From: Myxococcota bacterium
GTDB lineage: Bacteria; Myxococcota_A; Polyangia; Polyangiales; Sandaracinaceae
Assembly: GCA_036149055.1 (NCBI GenBank)
Contig: JAYZQJ010000137.1
Coordinates: 32,001-96,000, forward strand
DNA length: 64,000 nt
Reading direction: 5' to 3'
Shown here: positions 30,440 to 38,663 of the stretch, one piece after another
How positions within the stretch are numbered: the stretch's first letter is position 1
How the letters are laid out: each line of letters opens with the position of its first letter
The notes under the pieces: model-generated
What the model saw: only the letters and a program-made list of their open reading frames with translations
Told to the model about the DNA's origin: nothing
Database searches by the model: none
Made by a program: the position numbers and the translations under genes

Positions 30440-30855
30440 TCGCCGGCTGCGGCTTCTCTGGAGGGGTTGCTCTCGTAGAGGCGCAAAAGGAGTTGGGGCC
30501 GCGGGGTGGAGGGACGCCGGGTCGTGGCGGCCGTTGGCCGGCGGTCGGAGAGTTGGCGCGTCGCTCTCGGGGCTCACGCAGAGGCGCCAGAGGGGGCGAC
30601 GGGGGACGCTTTCGCGGGGCGCGGCGCGTGGGCGGCGTCTCCGCGCGGCGGTGGGGGACCTGGCCGCGAGCCTCCATCCCGTCGCCGTGCTCCTCTTGGC
30701 GGCTTGGCGGCTTTGCGAGAGCCAATCCCCTGTCTCCGTGCGCAATTGCTTTTGTGAACGGCGGCGAGCCTCCATCCCGTCGCCGTGCTCCTCTTTGCGG
30801 CCTGGCGGCTTCGGGAGAGCCAGCTCCCTGCCTCCGGCGCAATTGTTCCTGTGAA
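30440..30855. repeat. Modular REP/MITE-like repeat cluster, right (modules A-B-C-C)
   Basis: Direct copy of about 29225-29542; module C (GCGAGCCTCCATCCCGTCGCCGTGCTCCTC...) at 30666 and 30764; CTTTGCGAGA at 30711-30720. Confidence 0.85.
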
Positions 30856-30859
30856 GCTT

Positions 30860-32008
30860 CTATCGGAGGAGGCGGAAGATGACGCGGCGGTTCTGCGCGC
30901 GGCACTCCTCGTCGACGCTGTCGCCGTCGCCGGAGCAGTGGGGCTGGGTGTCGCCGTAGGAGCGGCTCTCGATGCGCGGGGGGGCGACGCCGCAGAGGAC
31001 GAGCTGCTCGGCGACCGCGCCGGCGCGCATGGCGCCGAGCCGGTGGTTGGCGGCCGCCGTGCCCTCTTCGTCTGCGTGGCCGATCACGCGGATGCGGGCG
31101 TCGGGGTGGGCGGCGGCGAGCTCGCACACGGCGCGCACGTCCTCGCGGAAGCGGGGCGAGACCCGGTCCGAGCCGGAGCGGAAGAGGATGGCCTGCGAGA
31201 GCAGCTCCCCCTCGTCGCGCTCGCGCACCACGGGGGCTGGCGGGGGCGGCGGGGCCTCGTCGGGGCAGCCGTCCTCGTCTTCGAAGCCGTTGCGGGTCTC
31301 CGCCTGGCGCGGGCATCGGTCGGAGGCGTCGGGGAAGCCGTCGGAGTCGTCGTCCGCGTCGATGCAGCCGTCGTCGTCCTGGAAGCCGTCGACGTCTTCG
31401 GGCTCGCCGGGGCAGCGATCGCGGTCGTCGTCGACCCCGTCGCCGTCCTCGTCGAGCGGGGCGGGCGCCGCCTCGGGCGCGCTCGCGCCGAGGTCGATGC
31501 GGGCGGTGAGGTTCACGCCGAACGTGAGCAGGTGCGCGTCGTCGCCGTTGGCGGCGTCGTCCGGCTGCACGATCTGGCCGTACCGCACGACCGGCCCCAC
31601 GCCGAACGCGGGGTGGGGGAAGAAGTCCCAGCCGACGCCGAGGTCGAAGCCGAAGCGCGAGAGGTCTCCGGTGAGCGCGAGGCCGAGGTTGGCGTCGACG
31701 AAGGGGCCGCCGACCGGGCCGTCGTCGAGCGCGAAGAAGCCGCGCGCGCCCACCGTGAAGGCGTAGAGGTTGCCGGGCTCCTGGCCGTCGACCGGGAACC
31801 ACGCGGTGGCGAAGCCGACGTTCACCGCCAGCGGCCCCAGGAGCTCGAGCCCGGCCCGGATCGCGCCGCCCCCGCCCCAGTCGAAGCGGTCGCGGTAGCT
31901 CTCGGTCAGCATCACCGACGCCGTGCCCTCGGCGTGGAAGGTGGGCGTCACCTGCGCCGCGGCCGGCGCGGAGACGAGGAGGCAGAGGGCGAAGGCGAGG
32001 CGGCTCAT
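30860..32008 (-). CDS. OmpA-family outer-membrane protein: beta-barrel + TSP3 repeats + OmpA C-terminal domain (TraB-like architecture)
   Basis: Signal peptide; amphipathic strands; DEDGDGVDDDRDRCP, EDVDGFQDDDGC; IGHAD..N.RLG..RA..V..NRRV. Confidence 0.88.
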   Translation of the reverse strand: MSRLAFALCLLVSAPAAAQVTPTFHAEGTASVMLTESYRDRFDWGGGGAIRAGLELLGPLAVNVGFATAWFPVDGQEPGNLYAFTVGARGFFALDDGPVGGPFVDANLGLALTGDLSRFGFDLGVGWDFFPHPAFGVGPVVRYGQIVQPDDAANGDDAHLLTFGVNLTARIDLGASAPEAAPAPLDEDGDGVDDDRDRCPGEPEDVDGFQDDDGCIDADDDSDGFPDASDRCPRQAETRNGFEDEDGCPDEAPPPPPAPVVRERDEGELLSQAILFRSGSDRVSPRFREDVRAVCELAAAHPDARIRVIGHADEEGTAAANHRLGAMRAGAVAEQLVLCGVAPPRIESRSYGDTQPHCSGDGDSVDEECRAQNRRVIFRLLR

Positions 32009-35000
32009 CGCGAGATGCTCAGCGCGTAGCGGCGACAGTCGGCGCCGCCGGTGACGCGGTGTACGCGCACCAGCGCGGTGGTGGGCCACGCCGTGCGCCG
32101 GCTCCGGCAGTCGTTCCGGCCACCGCGGAGGCACGAGTCGACGAACGACCAGTCGGTGCGGCTGTTCGCTCCCTCGCCCGATCCGCACGGCATGCCGGAG
32201 GCGCCGCAGGAGGCGATCACGTCCATCCGGAAGACGTTGCCCTCGTTCGTCGTGAAGCGGATCCGCGGCGTGCCGGTGCCGTGGCGGCGCACGTCGGGGT
32301 TCTCGGGGAAGCGGACCAGGAACCAGTCCTCCTGGCCGGGGCTCGGGAGGCGACGGAGCTCGGTCCCGGTGGAGGTGCCGGCGCCGACGGTGCCGAGGTC
32401 GATCCGCGTCCCGCACGAGAGGCTGCCGCCGTCGACGCAGCTGCCGCCGCAGGCGACCTGGCCGGGCGGGCACGAGACCACGCAGCTGCCGCCCGCGCAG
32501 ATCGAGCCGGCCCCACAGGCGTTGCCGCAGCCGCCGCAGTGGCTCCGGTCGCTCGACAGATCCCGGCAGACGCCGCCGCAGTTGGTCAGGCCCCCGCCGC
32601 AGCTCACCGTGCACGCGCCGCCGCTGCAGACCTGGCCGGCCGGGCAGGCGTTGCCGCAGCCGCCGCAGTGCAGGCGGTCGCTGCTGGTGTCGCGGCAGGT
32701 GCCGCCGCAGAGGGCGAGGCCGCCGCTGCAGGTCACCTGGCAAGCGCCGCCCGAGCAGACCTCGCCAGCGGCGCAGGAGCGGCCGCACGCGCCGCAGTGG
32801 AAGCGGTCGGTCCCGAGGTCGCGGCAGACGCCCGAGCAGTCGGTCAGGCCCGCGCCGCAGCTCACGGTGCAGACGCCGCCGGAGCAGACCTCGCCAGCGG
32901 CGCAGGAGCGGCCGCAGGCGCCGCAGTGGCGCCGGTCGCTCGAGAGATCGCGACAGACCCCGGCGCAGTTGGTGAGGCCGCCACCGCAGGAGAGCGTGCA
33001 GGCGCCGCCCGCGCAGACCTCGCCCGCGCCGCAGGCCCGACCGCAGGCGCCGCAGTGGAGGCGATCGTTGTCGAGGTCGCGGCAGACGCCGGCGCAGTCG
33101 GTGAGCCCGGCGCCGCAGCTGACGGTGCAGCCGCCGCCGGAGCAGACCTCGCCGGCGGCGCAGGCGTTGCCGCAGCTGCCGCAGTTCGAGCGATCGGTGC
33201 CGAGGTCGCGGCAGACGCCGGCGCAGTCGGTGAGCCCCGCGCCGCAGCTCGGCGTGCAGGTGCCGCCGGAGCAGACCTCGCCGGCGGCGCAGGCGTTGCC
33301 GCACGCGCCACAGTGCCCGCGGTCGGTCGAGAGGTCGCGGCAGACGCCGGCGCAGTCGGTGAGCCCGGCGCCGCAGCTGACGGTGCAGGCGCCGCCGGAG
33401 CAGACCTCGCCGGCGGCGCAGGCGTTGCCGCACGCGCCGCAGTGGCCCCGGTCGGTCGCGAGGTCACGGCAGGTGCCGCCGCAGTTCGTCTGCCCGCCGC
33501 CGCAGCTCAGCACGCAGGCGCTGCCCGAGCAGACCTCGCCGGCGGCGCAGGCGTTGCCGCACGCGCCGCAGTGGTTGCGGTCGGTGGAGACGTCGCGGCA
33601 GACGCCGGCGCAGTCGGTGAGCCCGGCGCCGCAGCTGACCTGGCAGGCGCCGCCGGAGCAGACCTCGCCGGCGGCGCAGGCGACGCCGCACGCGCCGCAG
33701 TGGCCGCGGTCGCTCGAGAGATCTCGGCAGACGCCGCCGCAGTCGGTGAGCCCCGAGCCGCAGCTGACCACGCAGGCGCCGGCCGCGCAGACCTCGCCGG
33801 CCGCGCAGACGTTGCTGCACGCGCCGCAGTTGAGCCGGTCGTTGTCGAGGTCGCGGCAGGTGCCGCCGCAGTTGGTCTGCCCGCCGCCGCAGCTCACCTC
33901 GCAGGCGCCCATCGCGCAGCGCGTGCCCTCGACGCAGACGTCGCCGCAGGCGCCGCAGTTGAGGCGGTCGTTGTCGAGGTCACGGCAGACGCCGCCGCAG
34001 TCGTCGAGGCCGGGCGAGCAGCTCACCGCGCAGGTCCCGCCCGCGCACACCTCGCCGGGGCCGCAGGGGTTCCCGCAGGCGCCGCAGTGGAGGCGGTCGT
34101 TGTCGAGATCGCGGCAGACGCCGCCGCAGTCGGTGAGGCCGGCGCCGCAGCTGACCTCGCAGGTGCCGCCCGAGCAGACCTGGCCGGCCGCGCACACGCT
34201 CCCGCAGGCGCCGCAGTGCTGACGGTCGGTCGAGAGATCCCGGCAGACGCCCGAGCAGTTGGTCGTGCCCGCGCCGCAGCTCACCTGGCAGGTGCCGCCC
34301 GCGCAGACCTCGCCGGCGGCGCAGGCGGCGCCGCACGCGCCGCAGCTGCCGAGGTCGCTCGAGAGATCGCGGCAGACCCCGCCGCAGTCCGTGAGCCCGG
34401 GACCGCAGCTGACCTGACAGGCGCCGCCGGAGCAGACCTCGCCGAGGCCGCAGGCGGTGCCGCACGCGCCGCAGTTCGAGCGGTCGGTGGCGAGGTCCCG
34501 GCAGGCGCCGCCGCAGTCGGTCAGGCCCGATCCGCACGAGACCTCGCACGCCCCGGAGCTGCAGACCTCGCCGGCCACGCACGCGTTGCCGCAGGTGCCG
34601 CAGTGGAACCGGTCGGTGCCCAGGTCGCGGCAGACGCCGCCACAGTCGGTGAGGCCGGCGCCGCAGCTCAGCTCGCACGAGCCCGCGCTGCAGACCTCGC
34701 CCGGGTCGCAGACCGCGCCGCACGCGCCGCAGTTGAGCCGATCGGTCGCGAGATCCCGGCAGACGCCCGCGCAGTCCGTCAGGCCGCCGCCGCAGCTCAC
34801 CGTGCACGCGCCGGCCGAGCAGACCTGCCCCGCGCCGCAGCTGGCGTCGCAGGCGCCGCAGTGCCCGAGGTCGGTGGTGAGGTCGCGGCAGGTGCCGTCG
34901 CAGTTGTCGAGCCCGCCCCCGCACGAGGTCTCGCACGCGCCCGCGCTGCAGACCGTGCCGGTGTCGCAGGCGACGCCGCAGTCCCCGCAGTGGGCGCGGT

Positions 35001-35559
35001 CGGAGGCCAGGTCGACGCACAGCCCGCCGCACTCGGTCTGGCCCGCCGGGCACGAGATCACGCACGCGCCGCCCTCGCAGATCTCGCCCGCCGCGCAGGT
35101 GACGCCGCAGGCGCCGCAGTCGTCGCGGTCGATCGCCAGGTCGGCGCAGTAGGGGCCGTCCGTGTCCTCGCAGCGCTCGAGCACCCCGCCGCAGGTGAGG
35201 CCGCAGGCGCCCTCGCTGCAGACCTCGCCGTCGGCGCAGGCCACGCCGCAGGCGCCGCAGTGCGCGCGGTCGGTCCGGGTGTCGGCGCAGAGGCCGTCGC
35301 AGAGGATCTGGCCGGCCGGGCAGGACGCCACGCACGCGCCGTCCTCGCACAGCTCTCCGGCCGCGCACGCCGCGCCGCACGCGCCGCAGTGATCGGGGTC
35401 GGACGTGGGGTCCACGCACGCATCCCCGCATCGGGTCTCGCTGGGGGCGCAGGGCTCGACGAGGGCGTCCATGCCCGCGTCCCCGGTGGCGCCCACGAGG
35501 GGTTGTCCGCTGCAGCCGCACGTCAGCGCGACGATGTAGAGCCACGCCCGTGTGCTCAC
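32005..35559 (-). CDS. Cys-rich tandem-repeat lipoprotein (Stig1/MXAN_6577-like repeats) with a C-terminal globular domain
   Basis: LTCGC lipobox-like signal; 23 units of about 43 aa with 8 Cys each (SCGAGLTDCAGVCRDLSTDRGHCGACGNACAAGEVCSGGAC); tail ..EDWFLVRF..YALSISR. Confidence 0.88.
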   Translation of the reverse strand: MSTRAWLYIVALTCGCSGQPLVGATGDAGMDALVEPCAPSETRCGDACVDPTSDPDHCGACGAACAAGELCEDGACVASCPAGQILCDGLCADTRTDRAHCGACGVACADGEVCSEGACGLTCGGVLERCEDTDGPYCADLAIDRDDCGACGVTCAAGEICEGGACVISCPAGQTECGGLCVDLASDRAHCGDCGVACDTGTVCSAGACETSCGGGLDNCDGTCRDLTTDLGHCGACDASCGAGQVCSAGACTVSCGGGLTDCAGVCRDLATDRLNCGACGAVCDPGEVCSAGSCELSCGAGLTDCGGVCRDLGTDRFHCGTCGNACVAGEVCSSGACEVSCGSGLTDCGGACRDLATDRSNCGACGTACGLGEVCSGGACQVSCGPGLTDCGGVCRDLSSDLGSCGACGAACAAGEVCAGGTCQVSCGAGTTNCSGVCRDLSTDRQHCGACGSVCAAGQVCSGGTCEVSCGAGLTDCGGVCRDLDNDRLHCGACGNPCGPGEVCAGGTCAVSCSPGLDDCGGVCRDLDNDRLNCGACGDVCVEGTRCAMGACEVSCGGGQTNCGGTCRDLDNDRLNCGACSNVCAAGEVCAAGACVVSCGSGLTDCGGVCRDLSSDRGHCGACGVACAAGEVCSGGACQVSCGAGLTDCAGVCRDVSTDRNHCGACGNACAAGEVCSGSACVLSCGGGQTNCGGTCRDLATDRGHCGACGNACAAGEVCSGGACTVSCGAGLTDCAGVCRDLSTDRGHCGACGNACAAGEVCSGGTCTPSCGAGLTDCAGVCRDLGTDRSNCGSCGNACAAGEVCSGGGCTVSCGAGLTDCAGVCRDLDNDRLHCGACGRACGAGEVCAGGACTLSCGGGLTNCAGVCRDLSSDRRHCGACGRSCAAGEVCSGGVCTVSCGAGLTDCSGVCRDLGTDRFHCGACGRSCAAGEVCSGGACQVTCSGGLALCGGTCRDTSSDRLHCGGCGNACPAGQVCSGGACTVSCGGGLTNCGGVCRDLSSDRSHCGGCGNACGAGSICAGGSCVVSCPPGQVACGGSCVDGGSLSCGTRIDLGTVGAGTSTGTELRRLPSPGQEDWFLVRFPENPDVRRHGTGTPRIRFTTNEGNVFRMDVIASCGASGMPCGSGEGANSRTDWSFVDSCLRGGRNDCRSRRTAWPTTALVRVHRVTGGADCRRYALSISR
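32490..35450 (-). repeat. 129-bp-period coding tandem repeat, about 23 copies
   Basis: Counted CGxC(G/D/S) cores in the translated protein. Confidence 0.9.
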
Positions 35560-35638
35560 GATCCCGACCTCGGATCGAGGCTAAACGGGTAGGGGGGCTC
35601 CGCTCAACCGTGTCGGCAGAAAAATAGCCGAGGGCGGA

Positions 35639-35734
35639 TCAGCTCCCGGCCAGGCCGACCGCGAACATGAACGCGATGCCCCACGCCGCCATGAGGGTCA
35701 GGAGCCACTGGGTGTGCACGGGCTGGAACTGCAT
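35639..35734 (-). CDS. Small single-TM protein, 31 aa (MQFQPVHTQWLLTLMAAWGIAFMFAVGLAGS); not in the ORF track
   Basis: Strong SD GGAGGAG, G/C at every third codon position, hydrophobic helix, sigma-54-like promoter upstream. Confidence 0.65.
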   Translation of the reverse strand: MQFQPVHTQWLLTLMAAWGIAFMFAVGLAGS

Positions 35735-35762
35735 GGTGTTCTTCTCCTCCGCCCGGAGAGAG

Positions 35763-35778
35763 AGCCAACGCCGTGCCA
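35763..35778 (-). promoter_or_regulatory. Sigma-54 (-24/-12) promoter candidate
   Basis: TGGCACGGCGTTGGCT: exact TGGCACG plus GG-N10-GC. Confidence 0.6.
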
Positions 35779-35845
35779 GCGCCCGACAGAGCGGACGCCT
35801 CGCGTGGGCCTGCGGCATCTCGCCTCGATGAGGCGGCGCCGGGGA

Positions 35846-36259
35846 TCACGCGTTCATCAGGATCGCGGCGCCGAACAGCCCGCCGTAGAGGACCATCAGG
35901 AGCGCCATCACGACGCCCATGATCACGCTCATCACGGTCGAGACGATCGAGACGACGAGCCCCACCACGGTGGCGTCCCGGCCGTGGGCGGGGAGGTCGC
36001 CCCGGTCGATCGCCTGGAGATCGCGCCGCGCCATCACGATGCCCGGCACGCTGAGGAAGAGCGAGATGAGCCCGACCGGCCCGCAGAACGAGCAGCCGAC
36101 GAAGAGCGCCATCAGGCTGCTGAAGCCGAGCACCAGGATCACCACGCTGCGATCCGGGCGGGCCGGCGGGGGCGGCTGCGGACGCATGAGGTGAGGCGGA
36201 GGCCCACCGGGCGGCGCCCCCCATCCGCCGTCCCCTCCCTGCTGCGGATGCCAGCTCAC
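35846..36259 (-). CDS. DUF4190-like membrane protein with a Pro/Gly-rich N-terminus
   Basis: ILVLGFSSL, GIVMARRDLQAIDRG..GRDATVVGLVVSIV. Confidence 0.75.
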   Translation of the reverse strand: MSWHPQQGGDGGWGAPPGGPPPHLMRPQPPPPARPDRSVVILVLGFSSLMALFVGCSFCGPVGLISLFLSVPGIVMARRDLQAIDRGDLPAHGRDATVVGLVVSIVSTVMSVIMGVVMALLMVLYGGLFGAAILMNA

Positions 36260-36284
36260 GACTCACACTCTAAACTCTCCGGCC

Positions 36285-36737
36285 ATGCCCGCGCACGTCC
36301 CGCTCACGCTCCGGCTCCGGGAGCCGGCGCTCCGGCGCGCCGACGGGCTCTTCCACCTGCTGAAGACCCGGCTGGGCAAGGTGCGCCCGGAGGTCCTGGC
36401 CGCCTTCGCGTTCAAGAACGACGAGCGCGCGTTCGCGCGGCGGCTGCTCGAGAAGCACTCCCGCTTCTGGCTCTTCCGCACCCACCAGCAGCGCTTCTGC
36501 GGCGACTTCCTGGCGGTGGACATGGCGAGCCCCGACGTCGCGGCCCGCCGGGTCTACGCGCTCGACCTGAAGCTCGGCAAGGACGTGGTCGAGGGCGGCG
36601 GGGGCGCCGGCAACGCCTTCTCGAACGTCGACGCGGCGGTCCAGGACGTCGCCGCGCGCCTCGCGGTCATCGACGGCGCCGCCTCCGCCGTCCGCCTCGC
36701 CGGTGACGGCGCCGCGCTGCTGGCCCGGATCTCCTAG
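36285..36737 (+). CDS. Hypothetical protein (150 aa), possible PD-(D/E)XK-like motif
   Basis: E..F..CGDFLAVD...YALDLK; TAAACT 8 nt upstream of ATG. Confidence 0.65.
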   Translation: MPAHVPLTLRLREPALRRADGLFHLLKTRLGKVRPEVLAAFAFKNDERAFARRLLEKHSRFWLFRTHQQRFCGDFLAVDMASPDVAARRVYALDLKLGKDVVEGGGGAGNAFSNVDAAVQDVAARLAVIDGAASAVRLAGDGAALLARIS

Positions 36738-37084
36738 GGCTCGCACGCGCAGGCGGCGGACGTGAGCCGCTCGCGGGCGGAGGCGCAGCGCCCGGAGGAG
36801 TCGGTGCAGCGTCGGGCGAGAGCGCGGTCGCCCTCGTGGCGGTCGGCGATGCCGCAGATGCGCTCGCTCAGCTCGCAGATGGACCCGACGAGGTCACACG
36901 CCGCGGCGCAATCGGGCTCGGGGCGGGCGAGCACGGTGTCGAGGTCCTCGCTCATCGCGACCTGCTGCCCCTCGAGCTCGGCGGGGTCCTCGCGCTCGGA
37001 CACGACGGTGCGAGGCGGGCCCGCCATCGAGGCGCCGCCGCAGCCGGCGTAGAGGAGGAGGCCGATGACCCACCATCGCTTCAC
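36734..37084 (-). CDS. Small Cys-rich helical lipoprotein
   Basis: LLYAGC lipobox; CAAAC..IC..RIC..RC..RC; overlaps the upstream gene. Confidence 0.75.
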   Translation of the reverse strand: MKRWWVIGLLLYAGCGGASMAGPPRTVVSEREDPAELEGQQVAMSEDLDTVLARPEPDCAAACDLVGSICELSERICGIADRHEGDRALARRCTDSSGRCASARERLTSAACACEP

Positions 37085-37563
37085 GGCTCACCTCCGAGTC
37101 GCTCACCCCCGAGCGCGCGCTCGAGGAGCGCCTCCTGGATGGCGATGGCGCGCGCGTAGTCCTCGGCGGCGTCGCGATCGCGTCCGCTCGCCTCGTGGGC
37201 GCGTCCGCGGGTGATGATCAGGTTGGCGGTGAACACGTCCTCTCCCTCTCCGAGCTCGAGCCCTCGCCGCACGAAGCGCATGGCGCGCTCCGCGTCGCCG
37301 CGCGCGAGGTGGATCCGCGCCACGCGGTCGCAGGCGTCCTGACGTACCACCCGGGCGTCTTCTTCAGCCACTCCCGCCGGCACCTCCCGCGCCAGGAGCG
37401 CCCCGAGGCGCCGCAGCGCCGCCTCGTCGTCCCCGGCGGCGGCCGCCGCCTCGGCCGCGGCGCTGTCCGCCCGGGCGGCGGCGACCCACGCGCGCGGGGC
37501 CTCACCCTCGCAGCCACAGAGCAGCGCGAGCAGGCCGAGCAGGGCTGGCAAGATCCGGTTCAT
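37081..37563 (-). CDS. TPR-like lipoprotein
   Basis: MNRILPALLGLLALLCGC; TPR-like helices; ATGA coupling. Confidence 0.7.
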   Translation of the reverse strand: MNRILPALLGLLALLCGCEGEAPRAWVAAARADSAAAEAAAAAGDDEAALRRLGALLAREVPAGVAEEDARVVRQDACDRVARIHLARGDAERAMRFVRRGLELGEGEDVFTANLIITRGRAHEASGRDRDAAEDYARAIAIQEALLERALGGERLGGEP

Positions 37564-38024
37564 CGCGCGCCGTACCGCTCCTCGAGCGCCGCGTACACCG
37601 CGCCCCGATAGTCGCCCATCGCGTCGTCGAAGCGCGCGTCGTCGCCGGCGAGCCGCGCCTCGAGCACCGCCGGGTCGGGCGCGGGGAGGGCGGTCGCCGT
37701 CGTCGGGCCGCGCGGGCGCAGCCACACGAACAGCATCAGCGCCGCGGCCAGCCCCATCGCGCCCAGCACCCAGCCCCACCGCGGAGGGCGACGCCGCTCG
37801 GGCGTGCGCGCCGCGATCCGGTCGGCCGCCTCGAGCACGTCGCCCAGCACCGCCTCGGCGCGATCGGGGGGCAGCGCGCCGCCGTCGCGCCCGTAGCGCA
37901 GCAGCGCCGCCGTCTGGAGCGCGTCCTCCGGCAGATCCTCGCGGGCGCTTCCCCGCTCGAGCGCGTGCGCCAGCGCCTCCGCCTCGCGCCGCTCCTCGTC
38001 GGTGATCTCCTCGTCCTCGATCAT
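37560..38024 (-). CDS. Single-TM protein, putative anti-sigma factor
   Basis: Immediately downstream of and overlapping the ECF sigma; central TM WGWVLGAMGLAAALMLFVWL. Confidence 0.65.
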   Translation of the reverse strand: MIEDEEITDEERREAEALAHALERGSAREDLPEDALQTAALLRYGRDGGALPPDRAEAVLGDVLEAADRIAARTPERRRPPRWGWVLGAMGLAAALMLFVWLRPRGPTTATALPAPDPAVLEARLAGDDARFDDAMGDYRGAVYAALEERYGAR

Positions 38025-38641
38025 GCGGGCTCCCTGGCCTCGGCGCCGATCAGCGCCTCCCATTCCTTGCGAAACGCGCGCAGCGCGCGCAGCAGCACCA
38101 CGTCGAAGGTGCCGAGCTTCACGTCGAGCGCCGCCGCGCAGTCTTCCCGGCTCCGGTCCTCGAGGAAGCGGAGCCCGATCGCGCGGGCGTAGCGGGGGTT
38201 GATGCGCTCGAGCACGGTCTGCACCGTCTCCTTCAGCATCGCGAGCTGCTCCGCCTCCGCCAGCTCCTTCTCCGGCCGCGGCGAGCTCGGCCGCAGCGGC
38301 GCGAGCAGCTCCTCGAAGCTGCTGAGCGCGCGGCGGGTGCGGGCCTTGACGCGGTGCATGTCGGTCGCCTCGTTGGCCGCGATGCGGCCGAGCCAGAAGT
38401 AGAAGCTGGTGCCCCGGTCGTCGTAGCGGTCGAGCTTCTCGAGCGCCTTCCGGAAGGTCTCGCTCAGCGCGTCCTCGGCCGCCTGACGGTTCCCGAGCTT
38501 CGGCATCAGGACCTGGGCGAAGAGCCGCGGCGCGAACGCGCGGTACAGGGTCGCCACCGCCTCGCGGTCTCCCCGTCGCGCGCGCTCGAGCAGGTCGCGC
38601 TCGCGCGCGAGCCACGCCTTCGATGTGAAGTCGACCTCCAC
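38021..38641 (-). CDS. ECF RNA polymerase sigma factor
   Basis: ARRGDREAVATLY, AAEDALSETF, FYFWLGRIAAN, region 4 LRFLEDRSREDCAAALDVKLGT. Confidence 0.9.
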   Translation of the reverse strand: MEVDFTSKAWLARERDLLERARRGDREAVATLYRAFAPRLFAQVLMPKLGNRQAAEDALSETFRKALEKLDRYDDRGTSFYFWLGRIAANEATDMHRVKARTRRALSSFEELLAPLRPSSPRPEKELAEAEQLAMLKETVQTVLERINPRYARAIGLRFLEDRSREDCAAALDVKLGTFDVVLLRALRAFRKEWEALIGAEAREPA

Positions 38642-38663
38642 CCCGGCCCCGGGCTACCGCATC

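Noticed and set aside
29082..30882. Short ORFs across the repeat clusters, and an IS element call
   Set aside because: The ORFs are translations of non-coding repeats; no transposase and no confident target-site duplication were seen
32005..35559. Calling this gene traA
   Set aside because: No N-terminal variable/PA14-like domain, no MYXO-CTERM and a different repeat type; only the operon architecture is similar
32051..35592. Long plus-strand repetitive ORFs (723 and 1177 aa) and a CRISPR-like periodicity
   Set aside because: Antisense frames of the Cys-rich gene; the period is 129 bp in-frame, with no unique spacers and no cas genes
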